Below, piece after piece: positions 40,501 through 51,820 of a DNA stretch of 64,000 nt. The notes under the pieces were generated by a model. It made no database searches. It was not told the DNA's origin and saw only the letters and a program-made list of their open reading frames with translations. The translations under genes and the position numbers were made by a program. Within the stretch, counting starts at the first letter, position 1; every line of letters begins with the position of its first letter. Source of the stretch: Lytechinus pictus (Eukaryota); the NCBI RefSeq assembly GCF_037042905.1, contig NC_087251.1, forward strand, positions 15,812,001 through 15,876,000. Reading direction: 5' to 3'.

Positions 40501-41707
40501 TAAACCAAATTATAATTGGTTTTTACCATATTGTTTGAATAATCTTTACTACTGAACAGAATTTCGATACTTAATGTGTACATTTGTCATACATTATAAG
40601 AAAAATTCAATCTCTTTTCAGCATCATTAGCAATGGACATTTGAATTACCTAAACGACATTTGATTTACCTAAGTACGACTTGATGTCTTAATTTATGCA
40701 TGATTATGTAACATTTGCTATTGAACAGATATTTGAATTCCCTATGGACATCTTATTTACCTATTAGGACATTCGATTTGCAAGATGGACATTTGATTTA
40801 CCTATTGAAAATAAATTCTATTGTGTGGACATTTGACTTCTCTAAGGACATTTTATTCATCTATTGGGATACAAGTCTGGCTAATGAGACATTTGAATTC
40901 CCTATTGACATTTGAATTACCTAATCGGACACTTGCTCTGACACGGCGGACATTTGACCTGGAAAACCTATACATCAATTATGTTTATACTTGGTAAATA
41001 TTATCGTTGGATAATTTTACATATCTGTCCATGAGGATGAGGTTGAAGGTCGTCTAGGGGTCAAAAGGTCATATGATATGTGGTCGTGTCTATCTTTTTT
41101 TGAAGTTTTTGTTCAACTTGCTCTGATTTCTTTATTTCTGCATCAATCATATTCATACTTGACACATATGATGGTTCGCAAATAACATTGATTCATTTAA
41201 ATACGTTATCTTTCAAAGGCAACAAAACCTTTGCAGCGTACAATAAATTTTCTAATTTTCTGCTACTTGGCGCAAGCCTTTTTTAACCCCTCACAAAAGT
41301 GTTCTGTGTTTGCTCAAGCATGAACAAAACTGATATTGTTTAATGGCATTTGAAAGATAAGACTTCAGATCATTTATTAACAACAAAATATAGACATCAT
41401 AATTTGAAACAAAATTTTGATAGACTTTTCAAAACTGTCCTGTTTTTTTTTTATACGCACTGTATAGTATAATGAAATCATTTTGCGTTGTCAACAAAAT
41501 ACTTTAGTAAAAAGAACAAGAAAGAGGATTAAATGAGAAAACAGCTTGCCATACGTGAATATGTATATGCTGGCTAAAAAGTCAGCCTCTTTTCATTACT
41601 CACCCTTCATTGAGTGGAGGCATCAGAGTCTTGATCTTGCAGACTTTGTCATTATACAGGATGCAACGGCAGTCTTTACCTGGTAGTTTGAACTTTGTTA
41701 GTGACAT
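19575..41707 (-). CDS. MAJIN: Membrane-anchored junction protein (MAJIN) orthologue, 9 coding exons, 378 aa, complete CDS
   Basis: Exons: 41707-41604, 36172-36124, 35473-35392, 32092-31953, 26780-26701, 24302-23927, 22248-22155, 21695-21527, 19617-19575. Total 1137 nt, GT-AG, intron phases 2,0,1,0,2,0,1,2 all match. The N-terminus MSLTKFKLPGKDCRCILYNDKVCKIKTLMPPLNEGIISDYVDDRSLQEEVEDIIRSVLCIPENVDPVMMRTQHLVVKPEKKEWKLPDKVVFKLPDKPLVALSYMYILHLQL aligns colinearly with human MAJIN as I recall it (MSLKPFTYP..R..VYKFK..QELEDSVRVVL..N..P..TEHFIVFPYKSKW..FK..L..YPFVFTLYVEM). Then a basic disordered linker (KRK, RKR, RRKNRER) and C-terminal GIVHHMFDAVVTPVKKFFFRD*. An acceptor at 41724-41722 implies an upstream non-coding exon. 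Confidence 0.85.
20316..20720 (+). mobile_element. Degenerate HINE-like element of a related subfamily
   Basis: Two ~150-bp core units (tgacctttgacccc..cacatgtggtattacccaaggatcat..aaataaagaaatgagagcaagtt), then acagac-like repeats and a 3' hairpin-like end. Confidence 0.5.
22526..22707. mobile_element. Short palindromic MITE, Harbinger-like
   Basis: gccgtttcttaaaagctgttcgtaagttaagagc ... gctcttaacttacgaacagctttatgaaac; the right-end 17-mer gaacagctttatgaaac occurs twice in tandem. Confidence 0.7.
24631..25976 (+). mobile_element. Helentron/HINE-like element with an internal array of ~150-163-bp tandem units
   Basis: 5' sub-terminal gtctcacctgca; 3' hairpin gtctcac..gtgagac (25946-25971) followed by an A run; units start near 25021, 25184, 25337, 25564 and 25727, with degenerate units upstream. 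Confidence 0.8.
27330..28690 (+). pseudogene. Degenerate Sola2-type DDD transposase
   Basis: Frame-broken translation gives SYAENF, LFTACA, SYVIVSDDLVH, FFSDGAASQF, ATSQGK..GDGIGG, which match the motifs I associate with Sola2 transposases; many stops and frameshifts. Confidence 0.7.
29337..31893 (+). mobile_element. Second Sola2-like transposon remnant with repeated sub-terminal motif
   Basis: Transposase relics VCTDSLEHDK, NFFSDGTGSH, QWHFF..SQSKEAVEG at ~30180-30440. Motif gtcatgtccgttacg (or a 1-mismatch variant) at 29719, 29872 (inverted), 31130, 31478, 31500, 31688 and 31867. Ends gggcaattcca (29340) and tggaattgccc (31893). Confidence 0.65.
32822..35010 (+). mobile_element. BEL/Pao LTR retrotransposon remnant: probable 5' LTR plus disrupted gag (DUF1759-like)
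   Basis: Translated relics PKINVSIFSGDPLQY..WKNAFD, KLNYL..YVSG, DAYQGALKQL/EDRFGDP, RLTSWPKI, GLRDFADFLQK, LVEKLP, FPSFAELAEFV; Ser/Arg-rich gag N-terminus (ORF 33071-33367); stops, frameshifts and two insertions. Confidence 0.85.
33540..33973 (+). mobile_element. LINE 3' end inserted in the BEL gag
   Basis: FKKRLK..L-like ORF2 end, GC hairpin gggagggcc..ggccctccc, then aataaa and a (ttgaa)n tail. A second 3' end with aataaa(atctga)n lies at ~34332-34464. Confidence 0.6.
38131..38220 (+). pseudogene. tRNA-Arg-like pseudogene or isolated SINE head
   Basis: A box TGGCTCAATGG (38140-38150) with GATAACGC as in tRNA-Arg; B box GGTTCGAGTCC (38184-38194); T run 38212-38220; acceptor and anticodon stems do not pair. 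Confidence 0.6.
38537..40970. mobile_element. Foldback-type element whose inverted arms are built from ~20-21-bp tandem repeats
   Basis: Perfect 23-bp TIR GGTTTTCCAGGTCAAATGTCCGC (38539-38561) / GCGGACATTTGACCTGGAAAACC (40946-40968); arrays of aaatgtcc..ataggg at 38550-38810, inverted at 40630-40950. Confidence 0.8.
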
Positions 41708-42059
41708 CGTGTACTTTATACCTGGATAAAGAAGACAAAAGTACACATAAACTAGGGCTGAGTCAGAACGTTCAAAGGCTGTTCACATGGATAACTAAAT
41801 AAAAAATAAATACAAATACAAACCTTCCCCAAAAGTTGGTGAAATTTTACATTTTTATATCCAAATAAAGGTCCATCTATTTCCCATATTTCCTTGAAAT
41901 TAGTATGATTTAGTTGAAACTATCAAGAAAATGAAGAATATTCCCTTCTTTCTTGACTCTGAAAAATCGTTTTTGATTGATTCTTTAAAATATCACTTTT
42001 GTAACCAAAAATACTCAGTTCCATAGTTATCATTTCATTTTTCATCATTAGCTTTGGGA

Positions 42060-43900
42060 TCATTTTTTTCATTTACCAGAGCACTCAGAATTTAATTTTG
42101 AGCATTATTTTGTGTGGGCCCTCCATTGGTGGAAAGTAAAGTTTGTCTGAATTTTCACCAAACAATCTCTCTTTTTGAAACTTGAGTATATATATAATCA
42201 TTATAATACTTATTTATAATCAAGTTTCAAATTTTATTATTTGTTAAATAATAATTTTTATCTATAAATTGTTCTACAAAACAGCATTTTGTAATATCGC
42301 TTTTCGAAGCTACGTCATAACGAAGCGGTTCAAGGGTCAAGCCTATTGTATTTGCGGTGTTTACGAATGGATCGAGGGATATCCTCTCATTTTTTCATAT
42401 TTATACAAACAATATTTTAACCCCTTCAAACGCATTAGGTGTATGAAGGTTCATAGATAAATAAAATCAAGAGAAACAAACCGATTTCACCCTCTAAATA
42501 TGGATTTCCTAGGGAAATCCATCCTTGTATAGTATACAAGTCTCGCTTATGCTAATATGGCAACCATTTCTAGGCTCCGTGTAGACCAAAAGCTTCAGTC
42601 ACTGCATTTGGTTGTTCTGCTGAACTGCATTGGCTCCACTCACCAATACATGTACATGAATGGGGATGATAGTAAAATGTCAGAAATTGTTAAATAAATC
42701 CCCACAAACGAAGGTTATTCCTGTCTAGGCTCCGTGATGAAAATTATAGACCCTAGACCTATGTAAAAATATTTTAAAATATCATCAAAGAGTCCTCAAG
42801 GCTACATTGAACTCACATTTTTTATATATGCTTGCAAAATCATATCGTGTAGATCAAAAGCTTCGGGATTGGTCTCTGTTATATTATTGGTTGTTCCACT
42901 GAACTCCGTCGGTTCCACAAACCAATTACAGAGACCGATGTTCTAACTCGATCTGTACAGGGACTCAATGGCCATATATGTTTATATGTATTAAGTTCGG
43001 CAAACCAGGGAAGTGGGAGTTGCGTGACAGCCGTAGTAAGTTTTTTTTTCTTTTAAGTTTATTTTTTTCCCGTTTTGGTGCATTTCAGGCCAAAACGGAA
43101 TAATCTTTATTTTGGTCCAGTTCTTTTTTATATTTTTATGAAAAAGACAAAATCGATGAGCCCTGTCGGGGGGATTTTGCATTGTTAACCCCCTAATATA
43201 ATGGTGGCTGCACGATCGCGAGCCTGCTCGCAGTCTGTGTACGAGAAATTTTCAAAAAAATTAAAAAATGTTTAAAAACTCCTTGAAACAGATAGCTGCC
43301 AGCTGTCTAGATATCGTGATGCTTGTTGAGAATATCAGATTTCTTCATGGGCGCTAACGATGACAAATTTGCAGATTTTTTTCTCAATATTTTCGTTAAT
43401 ACTGAACTCATCCTGAAGAAACTTACGCCAAAGGGTAATTTTAGGTCGCTTTTCACATTGATGTCAGATTTTAAGGATATTGCCTTGGCTAGTTTTTGAG
43501 ATAACGACCGTCCGCGAAGTAGATCTGTATACGTGACGCGAAGTTTGGACTCACTCATTGAGTCACTGACACTGCCATCATCATCATTCATGGCCATTTT
43601 CTTAACAAATAGACTCTACAGCACACAAATGACAAGCAGTGTTTTCGGCGCTTCCTTCTTCCTTTCCTCCCTTTTCTTCTCTCTCTCTCTCTCACTCCCG
43701 GGGGGGGGGGGGGGGGGGTCACTCTCCACATGGCCTGCTACACACCCGCGTCCAGAAAAAGCGTCCCGTTTCAGGCACTCAGACATCGACGTCTTTGGCA
43801 AAAAGGGTTGCATTTCAGCACCATTCACTGGTAAATCACCTTTTAGGGTAGCCTTAATTTTCTCTCTCTTCACGCCATTTAGGATTGCTTATTTGGTTAT
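42060..43900. repeat. Composite dispersed repeat present three times in the window
   Basis: 42064-42140 matches 48008-48090 and the reverse of 61510-61590; 42200-42525 matches the reverse of 61880-62190; 42850-43305 matches 48618-49062; 43690-43900 matches the reverse of 49080-49250. Confidence 0.75.
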
Positions 43901-44083
43901 AAAGATTACGCCATTGAGAAAAATATGACTAGATCTATGCCATTAAGGGTTGCAAATTTGAGAACATCCGGGAGCAGACCTAAGCCATAAACACCATGAA
44001 GGGCGTGATTTTAAGGGATACAAAATAATCCTCGCACACCCCGGCCAGCGCATCACTGATGAGAAATACTCCGTACAGTATAG

Positions 44084-45698
44084 CAGGCCTCTACAAAAAA
44101 AATTCATCACTTGCCCTGTTGGGCAAGTGATTAAAAAATTTGCTTGCCCGATAGAAAAAACTGCTTGCCCGATTTTTTTTCAAAAATCTTTTGCTCTTAA
44201 TTATTCTTTTCTGTCCTGGCTGAACTTGATTTACTGGCGCTGCCCTTGGCATTTCTTTTTCTTGACTCTTGTTCATTGTTCAAGGTGTTCTGGCCGCCGA
44301 TTACGACGACAAAAGTCGCCTATTTTAGTCTGACGACTCATTGTTTATTTGGTTTGAAGATTTCACAAAATGAAATACGGGACAATCGACAAAAAAAAAA
44401 GATCAAGAAAGAAGGTCTAGAAAAAAGTACAGAATTGGAAGGGAGGGTGAACGAAAGAATGATGGAGAGAAAGAAAAGAGATGAATTGAGAAGAAAGAAA
44501 GAAAAAATGAAGGGGAAAATGAAGGAAATAATAAAAATATAAGAAAGTTCTAATAAAAGAAGGATGAGAGAATAAAAATAGATATAAAGGTTTCTGTCAT
44601 TCTTTGAATTGAATATAGAAAGAAAAAAAAAAAGGGAAGATGAATAAATGTGTGAAAGTCAAAACAAAGAAGAGAAAGACAAAAAGAAAGTAAGAAAAAA
44701 GGAGGAGGAAAAAAAGAATGAAGGAAAGAAAGAAACAAAGAAAGAAGAAAACAGGAAGGAAGGAAGAAAGGAAAAGAAAGTATAAGGGAAAAGAATAAGG
44801 ACAAAATGAAATAAATAATGAAAGAAAGAAAGAAAGGAGGAAAGAGAGGGAGGAAAGAATGAAGGGAGGCCAGAATGAAAAAAAAGAAATAATGGAAGGA
44901 GAGATAGAACGAAAATAAAAACGAGTGGAAGGGAGAAGGAATGAAGGAAACAAAAAAAAAGGAAATGTAATAAAGAAGGCAAGTAAGAGAAAGAAGGAAA
45001 GAAAGAAAATGAACAGAGAGAGAGAGAGAGAAAGGATCAGGAAATAAAAATAGATATGTAACAAAAAAGGGCAAGAAGGAAAAATTAAGATAGGATAGAA
45101 AAGAAAGAGGAAAAGTTCAAACTTCAAGCAAATAAAAACAATCCAATCATATAACAAAAATCCTAATGATATTTGGTGTTTTTTTAATATATTAAAAAAA
45201 AAAATATAAAAAAAATGTTTTAGAAATTGATAAAATACGGGACGTCTGGTCCTGGCCGAGTCAGTCCAAAGCTTGAATGCATTCAGCGCGAACTAGCTCG
45301 AGACTCGGCTGGCGCGATCGCTCGTGTACGTCCGTACATGCGCTCAGAGGGCGAGAGAGGGGTTTCCCCAGCTAGCTCCTTCGTCGATTAGTAGCGCATG
45401 CGCACATTGTAGTTTAGAAAGTAAGATGGCAGCCTCCATCGAACGGGACCGCTGGCGATAAATTGTCGCCTTTTGTCGGTAAATTGGCGCTGATTTGACA
45501 TGTTTCCACTGTTTTTTTACTGGTATGACATTGTATGAGAGATAATTGCAATTTATCAAAAAATTATTAAACTTTACTGTCAATTTATCTTTTTCATTTT
45601 CAAAACAACCACTTGCCCGATCGGGCAATTGACTTTGAGAAATGCTTGCCCGCACGTCATTTTCACTTGCCCCGGGCAAGCGGGTTTGTCGCGCCCCG
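44084..45698. mobile_element. hAT-like non-autonomous element carrying a purine tract and promoter-like motifs
   Basis: Imperfect TIR CAGGCCTCTACAAA / TTTGTCGCGCCCCG; flanking duplication agtatag on both sides; sub-terminal cttgcccg repeats at both ends. Confidence 0.65.
44390..45120. repeat. ~730-bp purine-rich (GA/GAA) low-complexity tract
   Basis: Seen directly; explains the Phe/Leu/Ser-rich minus-strand ORFs. Confidence 0.9.
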
Positions 45699-45748
45699 AG
45701 TATAGTCTCTAGTCTTACACCCGGCTCTATACTAGGCCACTCAAGGGT

Positions 45749-47170
45749 CAGGCGCGTAGCCAGGGGGGGGGGGGCGGTGGCCCCCCCAAAACGTCCCCAA
45801 AAAGAAAAAAAGAAGGGAAAAAGAGAGGGGAAAAGGAAAAGCGAAGGAAGGAAAGGGAAGAAAGGTGGCTTTGTTGGTTTTTCTTTTTATTCTTTATTTT
45901 TTTTCAAAAAAGAAACTCCTTCACTCTTGCTCTAAATTTATATATACATGTATGAATTTTGCTTCCGCGCTGTGCGCGGTTAAATGACAATATTACAGTT
46001 CTCCTTTGTTTCCCTCACCCTTTTTCTAACCCTGTTTCCACCTCGGCTATATGTGTTTCTTGCCAGTTAAAGTTCAAACATATACATTTGGGCATGAAAT
46101 TAGAGTAAGGATATGCCGAAGTATATGAAGTTATCTTTTTTTATTTTTTATTGATCGCGCAACTTCTGGTCGGGTCGTCTTTGGGCGGGTAAAATCTTTA
46201 TATCAATTTCTGCCATCACCTCCATATAGGCAACTTCTCCCGCTTTTCATCTCATTACTAAACAACCATAATTTGGGGGCAAACAGGTTCCTAATTTAAA
46301 AAGAGGAAGGTATAAAATTCATGTCATATTGAATAAAAAAGCACATTATTTTTTATCAATTTCTACTAAACTTCATGTCATTTCCCTGCACATTCATCTC
46401 CTGAATGACACTTAAATATTGTTATCATTCAAAATGAAGCGCATCAGGATAAGTCATAGAAATTATACATTATCCTGTTTTATATAATTTCAATAAATCA
46501 CAGAAGTTTCAACTTTTTGCGCACTATTTTCCTTGTAATGAAGTTCAATAATCTTAGAAAATCAAATGAATTAGAGCCGATGGGGGTATTAGAGATATCT
46601 GCATTTGACGAAATGTCTGCCCTTTGAAATGTCAGAGTTTCATTATCCTGCACAGGGAGGAATATGCACGGGGAGGAATATTTTCCTCCCAGCATATATC
46701 CTTCTCCTCCTCTGTTTTGCGAGTTAAGAAATGCACTGTCGCTAAATTGTTTGTAATCAAATCTGATCTTTCCGAGGGAAGTATTCAATATAACTTAGAG
46801 AATACCCTTTTCTCGGGACCCTTTTCTTTGCAAAAAAATTGACAAAACGCTTTAGCTTCCGCGCTTCGCGCAGGGTTAATATTATTTCATTTTCCTCCAT
46901 TTTATCCCTTTTTGTGCGTTCAGTCACTTTCGAAAACAAGGTTCAAAATCACAATATAGTCAACTGAATTGGGGCTAATATAGGTACCAGAGACAAGAGA
47001 GGCGGCTCCTTTTCATTTTAATTTATGAAACACCGAAAGCTTCGCTCGGGAGGGGGAAACTCCCCCTTCCTGCACCCACCCCCTAGGGAGCGCGCTTCGC
47101 GCGCTCTGTGTTGGCACGCTTCGCGTGCATTTACCGCCCCCTCCAAAATGAAATCCTAGCTACGCGGTTG
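45749..47170. mobile_element. Non-autonomous DNA element with perfect 8-bp TSD (hAT-type)
   Basis: TCAAGGGT|CAGGCGCGTAGCCAGG ... CCTAGCTACGCGGTTG|TCAAGGGT. Confidence 0.85.
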
Positions 47171-48319
47171 TCAAGGGTTCATTACATGCCGCCGTGCACA
47201 GAAAAATCAAGCCATAGAAGTTGTGTGTTGTGGACACCAGAAGTGGGATCGCAGCTCGCGCGACCCACTAGTTAGAAATCCACTGCCAAACGCGGTTCAT
47301 GGTGCGAGGTTAGTATACTAATACTGTAAAAAACCTCTCAATACGTGCGAGTGATACTAGGCAGCACGTCTCTGGTTTAGGCCTATAGTCTATACCATTT
47401 TGTTTGATTCATACCGGGGATTCCTATATTGATTTTGTATTTTTTACTATCAATTAAGTCTAGATCTAAAACAAAAAAAAGAAGATACAGGTTTACTTAT
47501 GCATGTAGTTTTCAACACATTAACTGATATTGATTCAATTTTTTCAAGTTTTGATGAAATTGGTAAAATGAATGTTAAGTGATGCATCAGTCAGTCAAGG
47601 CAAGCAACATTTTTCACTTGCATTCATTAATTAAGGCTAAAAGATCGCTATTCAAAGTGGCTAAGACTAAGAGAGGAGTCAATGAGAGTAAATTATGCTG
47701 GCCTTGCAATAACTTTTTTTTAAATGCCGGGAATTTACACCTGTTGTATGTAACATCAATTTAACATCAGTAATCAGTATGGTATCAAATTAATCGATTT
47801 TGATATGTTGACGCCACTTAGGGTATCGAATTAGAGGCTTTTCCCTGTTAGCGCCACTGGCGCTGGCTCACTGCTACCATCCTGCCTGTGGAGAATCTAC
47901 AGGTAGACTATGGTATGCCAATGCTGTATTAAAATATCACTTTCTTGACCAAAATTATTAATTTCCATACAGTTGCAATTCAATTTTCATTAGTAACTTA
48001 GAATAATTTTTGTATTGACCAGAGCGCTCAAAAACTTGAATTTTGGGCATATTTTTGTGTACACCCTCTATTGGTGGAAAGTAATTTGGCAGGAAAATTT
48101 TCATTTTTCAAGCTCTATCTTTAATAAAGAAAAAATAATTTAAAGAATCCTTAAGAGCCAAGTTATATAATGAAAAGCTGTAATGGAAACTGACAGTGTA
48201 AAAAAATCAAGCATTTGTCGAAAAGACAAAGAGAAAATAATCCAAACATTGTCAACCTTATTTTGCCACACACTGACACAGAGAGATGTAACTGAGAACA
48301 AGGTTATATCATAATCATG

Positions 48320-48598
48320 TGGAGCGTTGTGGCCCAGTGGATTAGTCTTCGGACTTTGAAACAGAGGGTCGTGGGTTCGAATCCCAGCCATGGCGTAATT
48401 TCCTTCAGCAAGAAACTGATCCACAATGTGCTGCACTCAACCCAGGTGAGGTAAATGGGTACCGGTAGGAAGCAATTCCTTAAAAAGCTGTGTGCGCTAT
48501 GAACGCCTAGCTTAGCCGGGTAATATAGGAGCGCCTTGAGCACCTAACAAGGTGGATATGTGCGCAATATAAATACCCTATATTATTATTATTATTAT
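48320..48598 (+). mobile_element. tRNA-derived SINE (SURF1/SINE2-like), full length
   Basis: A box TGGCCCAGTGG, B box GGTTCGAATCCC, core ccaggtgaggtaaatgggtaccgg, L2-like 3' end and (ATT)n tail. Confidence 0.9.
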
Positions 48599-51500
48599 AA
48601 CATAAACTTGTTCATTGATAGACCAAAAGCTTTGGTCTGTTATGTTGGTTGTTCCGCTGAACTCCGTTGGCTCCACTCACCAAATACAGAGACCGAAGTT
48701 CTAGCTTGATCTGTAAAGGGACTCAATGGCCATATGTTTATGTATAAAGTTTGGATAAAACAGGGAAGTGAAGTTGCCCGACAGCCGAAGTATCACTGCT
48801 TTTTCCCCTTTCAAGTTTATTTTTCCCCGTTTTGGTGCATTTCAGGCCAAAACAGAATAATAATCTTTATTTTGGTACAGTTCTTTTTATATATTTTTAT
48901 GAAATAAAGACAAAATTTGATGAGCCCCGTCGGGGGGATCTTTCATTGTTAACCCCCTAATGGTGGCTGCACGATAGCGAGCCGCCTGTGTATGAGGAGA
49001 AATTAAAAAAATAAATAAAAATGTTAAAAAACTCCTCGAAACAGACGGCTGCCAGCTGTCTAGTTCATTGAATGAGTGACTTAGGGTGGCTTTTCTCATG
49101 GCATGGGTTACGCCATTTACGGTTACAAATTTAGTTAATGTAGTTACGCCGTTAACAGGTTTAGGGTGCATTTCTGAGGTTGTCAGACACGGGTGGGTAG
49201 CAGTCCATGTGGAGAGTGACCCTCCCCCCCCCCCCCGGGTCTCACTCTCACGTTCCATACAATTGAATTACAAAGTTCAATTGGCGACTCTAGGCCAGGG
49301 CCCGTATTCTGAAGTCGGGTTTAACTTAAACTCAGTTTTAAAGTTGTGGTTTAAGTAAGGATGGCCAAAAAAGGTAGAGATATCATAATTCAGCTAAGAT
49401 TTGGCTCTCATATTCAAAATCATATTTTTGTCCACTCACACAACATGTGAGGTTAGTGGTAGATCAGGGAGCTAGTATAAAAAGATGATTGACTTCACCA
49501 TCGATGAATCAGGAAAGAGCACAGCAAACATAAGAAACATACAACTTAATAAAAAATTTGACACTTTTGGCTTCCCATAATTTTAGCAGAGTTAGACCAT
49601 TGACTTTGTCTAAGACTAAGTTAAAGGGGAATCCAACCCAAATAAAAGTTTGTTTTTATAAGGAAATTAAAAATCAGACAAGTTGATAGGTGAAAGTTTG
49701 AACAATATTGGACAAACAACAAGAAAGTTATGAATTTTTAAAAGTTGTAAATATTGGTAATCACTAAACCCATGGAGACTTCAAATTGGCCGCATATGGG
49801 ATGTCATAGTGATGTAAGACAAGGACCACTCTTCCATGTACTCCAATACATATTATGGCTAAAATGTCATATTTCCCAAAAGTTTTATTTCAAATTATAT
49901 TTTTCTTTCATGAGGACATAAAACAATATACTACCTGGGTTATAAACAAATTTTATGATATTTATCAACCAATGCAAGTATTTTACGATTCATGATATTT
50001 ATCTGCCGATGCAAGTATTTTTCAAATTTAAATTGGCAGCTATACACACGTGTGGTATCTAGGTATCGATAACAAAGACATCAAGATGGCGACCAAAACA
50101 GACTTGGCAAGTCAACGCTCGTGCTCTTAATTATTTTTCATATTAACTAATTTATTGAAGGAATATATACAAACATATTAATTTGGGGGGAAAACTTAAT
50201 ACTTTTGGCCCATGATGTACCGTACGTTAGTTTGGGGTCAAAATCCTAACCAAAACTTATAATAGGCCTAGGTCTACTTTCACCATGGGAAAACCTATGG
50301 TGTGTATAGACCAAGCAATGCGTAAGCAAACCAGGCGTCAGTGGGGAGTAAGCCTACGTAGAGTAGATGACTTTTACTCCCCAGACGCCTCCAGGCTAAG
50401 AATACGGGCATAGCCATAGCTCTCCGAGCCAACGCGTTAGGCGCGGCGGGCGCATGCCCCGAAACTTAACCCAAGCGCAAGCCAGCGCTGGCCCAGGGAG
50501 CTCTGCCGCAGACTGGAGTGGGGCTTTAATTCTGATTCATGATTTCAATTTTCATGTCACGTCTGCGTCTGACACATGCACACCGGCAACCTATAAAGAA
50601 TAATATTTACCGAGTTTAACCTGTTCGTAGATCGCCTAAAAACTTTGGGTAGTGAATATCTGTACCATGTAGAGTCTAGCGTAAATCGTTCTTTAGATGT
50701 TATGAAGTTAGACCTACCTTAGTTAGGTATCTCAACTTTTTATTTTTTTCCGCGGCCTAGATCACCGTCGTAGATGGCGCAAATCGTACCTCCCCAAGGC
50801 CCACTGAACATGACTTTTACCTTTGCTTCTTTAATTTGTTGTTTCTTGGGACTCCATGTGCAGTCCAGAATTTTTTTTTCACTGTGGCTAGCACGTTTTT
50901 TTTTATTTCTTAAAAATCAATTAAAATGCATCAACCACCTAGTATCATGCCTTTTAAAGGTAATTCCAGAGCATAAATGTGTAATCTTTTTAATAAAAAT
51001 AAAATCAAATTTTATAATGGATATGTCACGACAACTTGACATCATAATATCATATCATATTCGCCCATATTCTCTTCCTTTCTTTCTTTTCTCTTTTTGG
51101 TCGTGAAACTTTTTGCAGGGAATTATCCATAGCCCCCCTTCAAGCCCCACATCTTTACGCCGGTGGAATTGGTGGTCCTTTAATAGTTTTAAGTACGAGA
51201 CTCTGCTTACGCATCTAGATGGGAGCGCCTGGTCGAGCGCGAAGTGCGGGCTGAAATAATAAAAAAATAATAATGACCGGAAAATCCCAGCCAAAAACAA
51301 TGGGCTATATTGAGGACTCTTATCTGTTTACATTTTCTATTTCCCTAATTCCCTTTATACATTCTTTTTAATTTAACTTTTCATTTCTTTTGTATGTTGT
51401 TCTCCATGTATTTTACATCATGAACCTGAATAAAGTAAACTTACAAATTAAAGTAAAGAGATCAGTTCAAAAGAGTGGTAAAATAAACGGGGAAAATGCC

Positions 51501-51820
51501 TGTTTGCGAGGAGGGGTAAATTTAAAAAAGATAAGGTCATAATCATAAACATGTTAATGTTATTCTTGGCTGGATTATTGTTCTTTTTCCTTCCATCTGT
51601 TTGTAACAGTTTCCGAAAGGATTTGTTTGATTCAAAAGCAATAAACATTATAAAATTATGAGAAATAATATCAATGGTCATCATGGGTAAATACGATAAC
51701 CATCACTATCATCATCATGATAATCATAATATTATTATTGCTATATTGTTATTCTTATTATTTCATCATTAATCATTATTATTATTATGATGATGATGAT
51801 TATTATTATTACTATACTAC

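Larger units (their letters stand above)
36592..41462. mobile_element. Tc1/mariner-type non-autonomous element (~200-bp TIRs, TA TSD) enlarged to 4.9 kb by nested insertions
   Basis: TA|CAGTGTGTATACAAAAAAAAACGGGACAGTTAAGAAAAGTCTATCAAAATTTTGTTTCAAATTATGATGT ... ACATCATAATTTGAAACAAAATTTTGATAGACTTTTCAAAACTGTCCTG..ATACGCACTG|TA. Confidence 0.85.

Noticed and set aside
41680..41721. 42-nt exon using the internal donor AG|GTAAAG at 41679
   Set aside because: It is phase-compatible in another frame, but the longer exon to 41604 has a better donor (GTGAGT), supplies the ATG and gives the MAJIN-like N-terminus.
44550..45157. Long Phe/Leu-rich membrane-protein-like ORFs
   Set aside because: Artefact of a stop-poor purine tract; open in several frames.
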